DNA of 64,000 nt, taken from Cyanidioschyzon merolae. Lineage: Eukaryota. The position numbers and the translations under genes were made by a program. The stretch is from assembly GCA_000091205.1 (NCBI GenBank), contig AP006493.2; one strand, 5' to 3'. The notes beneath the pieces are model-generated. The model saw only the letters and a list, made by a program, of their open reading frames with translations. It did no database searches and was not told where the DNA came from. Positions 55,443-64,000 of the stretch are shown one piece after another (position 1 is the first letter of the stretch; each line of letters starts with the position of its first letter).

Positions 55443-55480
55443 CAGCACCAACAACAACAGCGGCAGCAGCAGCAGCAGCC
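55443..55480. repeat. (CAA)n(CAG)n microsatellite inside repeat copy 1 (also present in copy 2 at about 61894-61931)
   Basis: caacaacaacagcggcagcagcagcagcagc. Confidence 0.85.
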
Positions 55481-56916
55481 CAGGAGCCGATGCTGGCGAG
55501 CGGTCGCCTACAAACCGCCACACAGACGGCGTCGTTCCTCACCTCATCCTGCGTTGAAACATTTCGAGGCTTCTCCATCGCGCTTGCTGATGCCCTGTCC
55601 TTGGACAGCGCCGCCTAGCACAGCACGGGAGAAGCACCGGCGTACGCATCTGGGATTCGTGTTCAGCTGCTCTTTGTAGCAGTTTGTTTTCCGCGGCCTC
55701 ATCCAGCGGCATGCGGCCTGTCTCTGCGTCGCCAACAACCGTTTCTACGCCCACGGACACGTTTCGAAAACACGACTCGCTCGCGTCCCCGGCACCGAGA
55801 CAAGCCGGACGCCGTGAGCGATAGCGTAGCACCGTCCCCGAGAGACTCTCGCCTCCTTGATGGACGTCGCGTCCGAATGGTCGCTGAACCGTGATGCCTG
55901 GCTTCCCGGCATCTCGCGCTACTCCGTTTCCGTAAATAGCGCTGGGCAGCGCATACCAGACTGCCTCCGGGAACGTGAGCGCCCCCCGCTCCCTCAACAG
56001 TCTAGTGGATATGGTCCATGGTTACGAGACCAGGACCCATGAGGGTACCCGCTGAGACACTCTTTGTCGCGTGTGGCCTTCCTGGTGCGCGATGCCCGGT
56101 CTATCTACGCAGCAACCAGGACACATTCGTACTGCTCCGCAGCGGGCATCGGCCGAGCTCGTCCAAGCTCTTTCGCCTACGCGCTCGGAGCCCAAAGACG
56201 TTTACAGCGACCACGGACACTGACCGAATATCACTTTGGATGTGCTCTGTGAGACCCAGGCCTGCGTCTCGAAACAGGACTCGATTTACGCCCATAGAGA
56301 TAGATGAAGAGCAAGTATTCAGGGCGGGCGTGGATCCCGAGTTCGAGTGCGTCACGACTGCCGCCGTGCCTCCAGCCCAGCGGGGCAGAACCGGCGATCA
56401 GCACCGCGAGCAGGTGTCGCTGCTCAGCCTGCTCCACGACTCGGTACCAGCGGGCGTCGTGCACCACACACACACCAGGAGGCGTACCAGCAGGTGCAGT
56501 GACTACCTCAGGGGCTATCTCGGCAATCAAAGCATCCTATCGAGCAGCGGCGGATGCTTCGTGCAGTGCACTCAGAGCGCCTATACGAGCGTCCGAATGC
56601 AGCACGCGGACGCTTTTCGACACAGGTACATGACACCGTGCTGCTGTCGCCAATGGCATCGATTGTGCGGAGCCAAGGAGCGTACATCCACACCGCCTAG
56701 TTCGGTGCGTCGGAAACGGGAATCATCGACGAGGCGCGCGGTATGCCTGAAACCTCTGGTACGGGGTGTGCTTTTGGAGCACACGGGCTGCACTCGTGCT
56801 CCTTCGATGCGAGCGTGCGACAGGCACAAGAATCGATTCCGTACAGATCCCGTCGACGAATGCACGACAACATACAAGTATCACGAACTGGGGTTCAGCC
56901 TAATCCAGTTCGAGAA

Positions 56917-57100
56917 GAAAAAGAGCATGAAACAGAGATCAATGCACGGGATGGTGTACGGGACGCCGAACGAACGTCAGATGGCGACAGCGTCAAAGTT
57001 CGGTGACCTCGTAGAGCCTGAAACAGAGACCAATGCACCAGGTGGTGTACGGGACGCCGAACGAACGTCAGATGGCGACAGCGTCAAAGTTCGGTGACCT
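56917..57100. repeat. 87-bp tandem duplication (2 units) inside repeat copy 1
   Basis: 'atgcac..ggtgtacgggacgccgaacgaacgtcagatggcgacagcgtcaaagttcggtgacctcgt' occurs twice consecutively, giving duplicated ORF text 'GVRDAERTSDGDSVKVR'. Confidence 0.8.
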
Positions 57101-58053
57101 CGTTTGGTGCGAATGTGCCAGCACCTAGGCGCCCAGGCTCTTTCCATACTACGACTTGAGCCGCTCGATCAACACGCGGAAGCGAGTCTTGGTTTGAGTC
57201 GAGCGAGCTTTCGACGCAGTCGTTCAGTACTCAGTATCGGTGCGCTGCTGAAACGCTGATGACGCTCGATGGAAAACTCAGTGGTCAGCAGAGAGGGAGT
57301 TGGATTCCAGACTGGAGCAAGGCACTGGTATGGTGCGGTTGGGAAATCCCGCAATGCGAGAGCGGCTTGGGTATGCTCTGAAGACGATGTTCTTTGCCAA
57401 CAAGCGAGCGATAATGATGCTCCGTTATTCGATGTTCGTTCGCATCAGTACACCATGATTCGCGAGACAGACTCGCACCACCAGCGCATCCAGTCCGCCC
57501 AGCACCTGACCATGGGCAGCAAGTTACGTCATGTGGACTCACATTCACAAGAAAAATGAGGATGCTGTCATGTCAACCGCGGGCGATCGCGTTGCCAGTG
57601 AACTTGGGCTAAACTCTCCCATTATGAAGATTGCGGTTCGAAGCAAGCGTTTCGGGGATGGGATACCGGCGTGATGCCACGCCTAGGCGCGATACGGTTG
57701 CGATGTGACGAACCGATGCTCGCATACACAGCAACGGCACCAGTCAAAGGCAATACCTTTTCGACAGCCTCCGTCCGATCGCTCGTCGCACAGAGAACCT
57801 AGACGCTCTGATGTACGCTAAAACGAATGCGCATATCTACAGCAATGCATGGTGTACGCTCCCAAAGCCTGTTGCAGCTCGGCAGGTATAGCCTGCCTGA
57901 CATGTATGTAGCGGAATCGATACTCCACGAGCTTGTCCACATGTCATGCTTGCCCGGACAGCTGGACGAGCTGAACAGGCGTGGAAATGAGCGCTTTATC
58001 CATGAACCTGCATCACTACCGTTCCAACTTCCGCATTAGATGATGCGCATGGA

Positions 58054-59367
58054 ATGCTCTTTCAACATATGCGTGGAGGAAAACGTGTGGAGTCACTGCT
58101 CCGCCGCCTCGCTCGCTATCTATCCAGGGGCGCTGCTATTGCTGGCTTGCTTCTCTGTTGCCTCTGGGTGACTTCGTACCTGGTGCGCTCGCCTAGCACC
58201 GGGCTGCGTGTTCCCGACGCGAATGACGGTCGCGCAGGTGCTGGAGCAGCTGCGCTCTCAGAGCCCCTGGTCAGCACAACAACAACAACAACTGGGGACA
58301 CGGCGCGACGCCAGGTCGCCGACGATGCTGTGACCTTTGCACTCGTTGTCATCAACCACGGCAGCGTACCTTTCTTTCTGAACTGGGTTTGTCACTACCG
58401 TTGCGTGCTTCAGTCGCAGTTCCTCGCGGGCACCGTGCGGCTTCCGGTGACCGTCCGGGCAAGAGCCACCGACGGTAAAGTCCTCGACTGGTTACGGCAG
58501 CGGAGCCTGGACACTCCATGGCTCCGGATACGAGCAGCCCGTGCCCCTCTTGCTAGGGCAGTCGCTTCCTATCAAGCTATGAAAGCGTCAAACAGTCTCT
58601 TTTATGAAATTGAAAGACAAAAATTCTCGGCAGTGCATGCAATGTTTGCGCGGACGACGCACCTTCCATCTCGATTCTATCTGCTCGTCTGCGATGTCGA
58701 TGTAGTGTTTCTGCACGAGCCAGTTAGAGCCATACTTAGATACGGCGACGCTGACCTCTACATGCAGTGCGATGGATGCAACACCGAGCTGTACGGGGCG
58801 CAGCAGGTGCAGTGCCCCTATGAGTACAACACAGGTTTCATGCTCTTTGCCGTTGATCAGCGAACCCGCAGCGGCAGATTACGATTTCAGGCGATACGAC
58901 AACTGATTGCAGAGGTTGTTCACGAGTCCATTAAGACAGAGCGCGCACGTCAACTACAACCTGAACGAAAGTCTGTACACGATCAATTCATTTTCAACAA
59001 GGTTCTGAAGAAATGGACTCATAACCATATGGTACAGTTACGTTCACCGTATGAGAACATGACGTCTATCGCAGGAATAGAGTATGTGCGCCCACGCATC
59101 ATGTATCTCCCGTATGAGGTGTTCCCGAACGGATGTGTGTTGTTTGGATACCGGCATCGCGAGCCGTCTCCAGCTGTTCGTGCCCTGCTCGAGAGAGGCC
59201 TCGTCGTGGCTGTACATGCAAACTATCGAAATGGCGCCTCTGAAAAATGGAGGGCGCTTCGCAGTGTGAATCTAACGATCGCATCGACACAGGAAGAGTC
59301 GCTCAACGCTCAGTTATGTCCTCCGTGCGATGAAATCCAAGCTACAGCATCAACGGGGCACATGTAG
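58054..59367 (+). CDS. type II membrane protein with nucleotide-diphospho-sugar transferase-like domain (putative DxD glycosyltransferase)
   Basis: N-terminal signal anchor 'AAIAGLLLCCLWVTSYLV'. 'FALVVINHGSVPFFLNWVCHY' and 'YLLVCDVDVVFLHEP' resemble GT-A fold nucleotide-sugar transferase blocks (DxD). The family assignment is tentative. Confidence 0.4.
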   Translation: MLFQHMRGGKRVESLLRRLARYLSRGAAIAGLLLCCLWVTSYLVRSPSTGLRVPDANDGRAGAGAAALSEPLVSTTTTTTGDTARRQVADDAVTFALVVINHGSVPFFLNWVCHYRCVLQSQFLAGTVRLPVTVRARATDGKVLDWLRQRSLDTPWLRIRAARAPLARAVASYQAMKASNSLFYEIERQKFSAVHAMFARTTHLPSRFYLLVCDVDVVFLHEPVRAILRYGDADLYMQCDGCNTELYGAQQVQCPYEYNTGFMLFAVDQRTRSGRLRFQAIRQLIAEVVHESIKTERARQLQPERKSVHDQFIFNKVLKKWTHNHMVQLRSPYENMTSIAGIEYVRPRIMYLPYEVFPNGCVLFGYRHREPSPAVRALLERGLVVAVHANYRNGASEKWRALRSVNLTIASTQEESLNAQLCPPCDEIQATASTGHM

Positions 59368-60186
59368 ATTCGCGAAAGCCACAGAACGCCGGGCAACGTG
59401 TCTACATGCTTGCTGCTAAGGCGCTCTATCCACTGGTGTCCGCAACGATGGTGCATTTCGCGCTCGTGGCATGCTTTTGCGCGTTCCTGACAACGCTAAC
59501 AGCTTGCCGGCTGTCGCTTGGGTAAAGTCGCTTCTGTGCCGGAAATCCCTGCACAATGTCCGTGACAATTTCCTAAAGCGTTCATGAAAGCTCTGATCGG
59601 GGATTAACAGTTGAGCGAATGGCATCGAGCGGCCAGCGTCGGTGTGCATCCTAGCTATCGCGTTTTGTCCACTTCATACGGGATTGGCATCTGCGGCTCC
59701 CTCCGCTGCGCTCTCCATTCATCCATGACCGATGCTTGAGCAACTTCATTTCGTGAAGTTTCAACGGAGTAAGCGCTAGCGCCGCAAATGCTCGCTCGTG
59801 CTCACCTACGTGGCAGATCTCAGAGAGGCACCACGCGATTGACTTCTCCTGACGTGACATTCTGCGCCAAGTCGGCAAGCGTGCCGCGCTCCAGCCTCCA
59901 TGACGGAAGTTGGGCGTCTTCCCGTCTCTGCTTTCTGCTATGCTTCCATACAGGTCGACAAGAGTCACTGAGAAAATGCGATTAGCACGGATCTACCCCC
60001 TGATGCGCCAGCAGCGGTGCTTGCTGCTTTCAGACATCTCTCGACGAGGCCACACAAATGCTGTCATCCGCTCCGTCTTGATGATTTCGGCACTAATAGG
60101 TGATCCTGCAAGGGTCCAACGCCCACTTATACAGCGTAGATGCTACCTATGAATGCCAGGTTCTCTAAGCTGTCACTTACAGACGC

Positions 60187-61176
60187 CTACACCGAATCGC
60201 GAAGAAGCTTACGGTCCTTAGCGGCAGCTTCGCGTTCTCGTCGCTCGAGATGCCGTTTCCAACCTCGATGCTTTTTCATTGACGCGTCGCGCTCCTTCTG
60301 CAACTGGTCTCGAATCATGCTGCGTTTCCAAAAGAAGGGACGCGTCTTCCTACCGGCAGCAAGCTGCTCAGTCTCTTCTCGTTTGTGGCGTCTAAGTAGC
60401 GCTTGGAAGCTCTCGGTAACTTCGTCTCGTCGAACTTGATTCTGACGTCGGTCGACTTCGGAGCGCAACTCCTTGTGCAGCGAGCGCAGCGTATCGCGTT
60501 CGGATTCATGGGCAATTTTCAACCGCTTCTCTAGAGCGGCTAGCTTAATTTTTGCTTCATCCAAAGCTTTTCGACGAAGGTCTCGGAGAAAACTGTATCG
60601 CTGCTCGAAGACGTTCTCATCGAATCGGCCGCAGAGCGGGTCAAACCGAGGATCAACCGGTTTCGCAACCCGCTGGCTTACAACTTGGCGCGCGTTTCGC
60701 GTAGAGAGCTTACCTCCTGCATCCATAACAGCTGGTGCGTTCTTATGAGGTCTGCGCAAGCCGTTGTCCGCCGAGCTTTCAGTGGTTCGCACGCTGCCTT
60801 CCTCCTGCTTCTTCTGGCGCAGTTGGCGCACGTGTTCGGCTAAAGTGCGTACTGCTTCACTGGACTGTTCCTCTGATTTGAAGGGTTTCGTAGGGCCCGC
60901 CCCCTCACGCGCTCCGCGCTGAAACTTTTGCGATACGAGTGCGGGAATGGCGCTCATCGCGCTCGAGACTTCTGCAGCGAGCGGGCCGGAGCTCGTGCTT
61001 CGACCAGTTCGCTGCAGCACCTGAGGTCGCGACTGTGCTGCCTTCTCGGACGGTTGCACAGTAGCTGGCGCACCACCGGTCCTTGAGCGCTTGTTCTCCA
61101 TCCAAGAGTTACAAGGGCGCACGTTGCTGCTTGACGTGCACCAGTACTTGACACCGTACGGTGGCTTGAATTGCAA
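60187..61176 (-). CDS. rRNA biogenesis protein RRP36-like
   Basis: C-terminal domain 'DPRFDPLCGRFDENVFEQRYSFLRDLRRKALDEAKIKLAALEKRLK...RPFFWKRSMIRDQLQKERDASMKKHRGWKRHLERRERE' follows the RRP36 pattern (DPRF...G.F....F...Y.FL; KPFYLKKSE...LKK). Basic/Ser-rich N-terminus. Confidence 0.5.
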   Translation of the reverse strand: MQFKPPYGVKYWCTSSSNVRPCNSWMENKRSRTGGAPATVQPSEKAAQSRPQVLQRTGRSTSSGPLAAEVSSAMSAIPALVSQKFQRGAREGAGPTKPFKSEEQSSEAVRTLAEHVRQLRQKKQEEGSVRTTESSADNGLRRPHKNAPAVMDAGGKLSTRNARQVVSQRVAKPVDPRFDPLCGRFDENVFEQRYSFLRDLRRKALDEAKIKLAALEKRLKIAHESERDTLRSLHKELRSEVDRRQNQVRRDEVTESFQALLRRHKREETEQLAAGRKTRPFFWKRSMIRDQLQKERDASMKKHRGWKRHLERREREAAAKDRKLLRDSV

Positions 61177-61289
61177 TAGTTTTCGGGTAGCTGCTCAGGC
61201 GCCATACTGGCAGCAGCACAGCAGTCGATGAGGAATATGCATATTTATACAGCGATGTCTAGTAATGTCGCGGACGCTTCCTTGCAAGG

Positions 61290-63895
61290 AGTTGTGCATC
61301 TGGATATAATTATACAACTATATCCTATTTGTTTCCGTTCGTGTTCGCACAGGCACTCAATGCCCGGCACGCACCGCGAACGACTGGAGCACTGTCGCGC
61401 ACAGCTCTGATGCTGGCAAAGATAGCTCGCGATACGCCGCATTATTTCTACAAAGCAGTCATTCTATGGTCACTACGACAATACACCGCCTGTATCGTTA
61501 TCGGTATCCTGAACATCGTGCGCCCGCACCAAAACACGTTCAACAATCTCTACGCAACTGCCTACTCGCCAAGCCATTCCAGCTTATGCCTTCTCGAAGG
61601 AATGCCGCGCAACAGGCGCCAGCATCTGAGGTTCGCGTACCGTTGCATCGCACGACGACAACGAGACATTGAGGGTCAGCGCAGAAGGCAGGTTTCTGTG
61701 CGAGACCGTCGCGCTGCGCACATGACGCCGTCAATGGCGTCCCTCAAGGAGCATACATATCCCAGAAGCGACAGGAGTTCACCTCGCTCGATTCCAGTCC
61801 ACGACGGGAGCACTGCTTGGCCTGTATGCAGGCAACCAAAACGTGGCAATCCGCTATTCGCAAGGAAGCGACATGCGCGTACGACAAAAAGAACAGCACC
61901 AACAACAACAGCGGCAGCAGCAGCAGCAGCCCAGGAGCCGATGCTGGCGAGCGGTCGCCTGCAAACCGCCACACAGACGGCGTCGTTCCTCACCTCATCC
62001 TGCGTTGAAACATTTCGAGGCTTCTCCATCGCGCTTGCTGATGCCCTGTCCTTGGACAGCGCCGCCTAGCATAGCACGGGAGAAGCACCGGCGTAGGCAT
62101 CTGGGATTCGTGTTCAGCTGCTCTTTGTAGCAGTTTGTTTTCCGCGGCCTCATCCAGCCGCATGCGGCCTGTCTCTGCGTCGCCAACAACCGTTTCTACG
62201 CCCACGGACACGTTTCGAAAACACGACTCGCTCGCGTCCCCGGCACCGAGACAAGCCGGACGCCGTGAGCCAGAGCGTAGCACCGTCCCCGAGAGACTCT
62301 CGCCTCCTTGATGGACGTCGCGTCCGAATGGTCGCTGAACCGTGATGCCTGGCTTCCCGGCATCTCGCGCTACTCCGTTTCCGTGAATAGCGCTGGGCAG
62401 CGCATACCAGACTGCCTCCGGGAACGTGAGCGCCCCCCGCTCCCTCAACAGTCTAGTGGATATGGTCCATGGTTACGAGACCAGGACCCATGAGGGTACC
62501 CGCTGAGACACTCTTTCTCGCGTGTGGCCTTCCTGGTGCGCGATGCCCGGTCTCTGTACGCAGCAACCAGGACACATTCGTACTGCTCCGCAGCGGGCAT
62601 CGGCCGAGCTCGTCCAAGCTCTTTCGCCTACGCGCTCGGAGCCCAAAGACGTTTACAGCGACCACGGACACTGACCGAATATCACTTTGGATGCGCTTTG
62701 TGAGACACAGGCCTGCGTCTCGAACCAGGACTCGATTTACGCCCATAGAGATAGATGAAGAGCAAGTATTCAGGGCGGGCGTGGATCCCGAGTTCGAGTG
62801 CGTCACGACCGCCGCCGTGCCTCCAGCCCAGTAGGGCAGAGCCAGCGATCAGCACCGCGAGCAGGTGTCGCTGCTCAGCTTGCTCCACGACTCGGTACCA
62901 GCGGGCGTCGTGCACCACACACACCAGGAGGCGTACCAGCAGGTGCAGTGACTACCTCAGGGGCTATCTCGGCAATCAAAGCATCCTATCGAGCAGCGGC
63001 GGATGCTTCGTGCAGTGCACTCAGAGCGCCTATACGAGCGTCCGAATGCAGCACGCGGACGCTTTTCGACACAGGTACATGACACCGTGCTGCTGTCGCC
63101 AATGGCATCGATTGTGCGGAGCCAAGGAGCGTACATCCACACCGCCTAGTTCGGTGCGTCGGAAAAGGGAATCATCGACGAGGCGCGCGGTATGCCTGAA
63201 ACCTCTGGTACGGGGTGTGCTTTTGGAGCACACGGGCTGCACTCGTGCTCCTTCGATGCGAGCGTGCGACAGGCACAAGAATCGATTCCGTACAGATCCC
63301 GTCGACGAATGCACGACAACATACAAGTATCACGAACTGGGGTTCAGCCTAATCTAGTTCGAGAAGAAAAAGAGCATGAAACAGAGATCAATGCACGGGA
63401 TGGTGTACGGGACGCCGAACGAACGTCAGATGGCGACAGCGTCAAAGTTCGGTGACCTCGTAGAGCCTGAAACAGAGACCAATGCACCAGGTGGTGTACG
63501 GGACGCCAAACGAACGTCAGATGGCGACAGCGTGTAAGGTCGGTGACCTCGTTTGGTGCGAATGTGCCAGCACCTAGGCGCCCAGGCTCTTTCCATACTG
63601 CGACTTGAGCCGCTCGATCAACACTCGAAAGCGAGTCTTGGTTTGAGTCGAGCGAGCTTTCGACGCAGTCGTTCAGTACTCAGTATCGGTGCGCTGCTGA
63701 AACGCTGATGACGCTCGATGGAAAACTCAGTGGTCAGCAGAGAGGGAGTTGGATTCCAGACTGGAGCAAGGCACTGGTATGGTGCGGTTGGGAAATCCCG
63801 CAATGCGAGAGCGGCTTGGGTATGCTCTGAAGACGATGTTCTTTGCCAACAAGCGAACGATAATGATGCTCCTTTATTTGATGTTCGGTTGTCTA
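61290..63895. repeat. 2.6-kb dispersed direct repeat, copy 2 (includes 87-bp tandem at about 63368-63550)
   Basis: Collinear with 54840..57450. Similarity begins at 'ataattatacaactatatcctatttgtttccg' and ends at 'taatgatgctcc(g/t)ttatt(c/t)gatgttcg', and flanks on both sides are unrelated. Confidence 0.85.
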
Positions 63896-64000
63896 GTTCG
63901 ACACAGCTTTCGTGCTCGTTCGCTTCGGATGCCGGTCGCGCTAGAGTCTCGAGTGCATACCTGCGCATGTAAATTGGTTCTGCATAGCTTGACGTGCTCT

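Larger units (their letters stand above)
54840..57450. repeat. 2.6-kb dispersed direct repeat, copy 1
   Basis: About 98% identical to 61290..63895 over its whole length: identical ORF translations 54680..55618 vs 61329..62069, 55225..55578 vs 61676..62029, and so on. Contains a (CAA/CAG)n tract and an internal 87-bp tandem duplication. No recognisable protein domain. Confidence 0.85.

Noticed and set aside
54840-63895. The two 2.6-kb direct repeats as LTRs of an LTR retrotransposon
   Set aside because: The internal 3.8 kb encodes a glycosyltransferase-like protein and RRP36 on opposite strands, not gag/pol. The repeats are far longer than typical LTRs and lack obvious TG..CA termini.
1-64000. 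Kinetoplastid-style polycistronic organisation (suggested by intronless, GC-rich genes)
   Set aside because: Gene orientation alternates every one to two genes throughout the window, which is incompatible with long unidirectional clusters.
1-64000. CRISPR arrays, rRNA genes
   Set aside because: No regularly spaced short direct repeats with unique spacers were found. The tandem arrays present are simple mini/microsatellites. No rRNA-like conserved stretches were seen.

Overview
This 64-kb window is nuclear DNA from a GC-rich, intron-poor eukaryote (protist-, alga- or oomycete-like). Genes sit on both strands and most conserved proteins read as single uninterrupted ORFs. Recognisable housekeeping genes include TAF6, SSU72, a DDX47/Rrp3-like DEAD-box helicase, a UDP-glucose-dehydrogenase-family enzyme, bacterial-type AspRS and SerRS with N-terminal extensions, AMP-forming acetyl-CoA synthetase, a dienelactone hydrolase, a neutral sphingomyelinase, an RRP36-like protein, an MRNIP-like protein, and CCHC/SAP and C2H2 zinc-finger proteins. 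The most notable content is a family of eukaryotic TnpB-like (Fanzor-type) RuvC nuclease genes. The most complete copy lies at about 39.5-41.6 kb (+). It has an NLS-like lysine-rich N-terminus, recognisable RuvC-I and RuvC-III motifs, in-frame stop codons and N-terminal frameshifts, an AT-rich 5' flank, and a 355-bp non-coding 3' tail containing a perfect palindrome. At least five further degenerate copies occur at about 4.4-5.0, 17.25-18.15, 27.3-28.35, 29.05-29.6 and 49.8-51.3 kb. They share RuvC-II- and RuvC-III-like blocks (RD[FL]NA..NI) and an upstream F.EWNS block. Other features are a 5'-truncated, frameshifted non-LTR retrotransposon (about 35.0-38.15 kb, minus strand), a recently duplicated 2.6-kb direct repeat (about 98% identical copies at 54.84-57.45 and 61.29-63.9 kb) with an internal 87-bp tandem duplication, a 20-bp minisatellite, a 10-bp minisatellite and several trinucleotide microsatellites. 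No rRNA, confident tRNA or CRISPR features were found. Coordinates are approximate (plus or minus a few bases), and starts from the ORF track may be alternative (GTG/TTG) starts.
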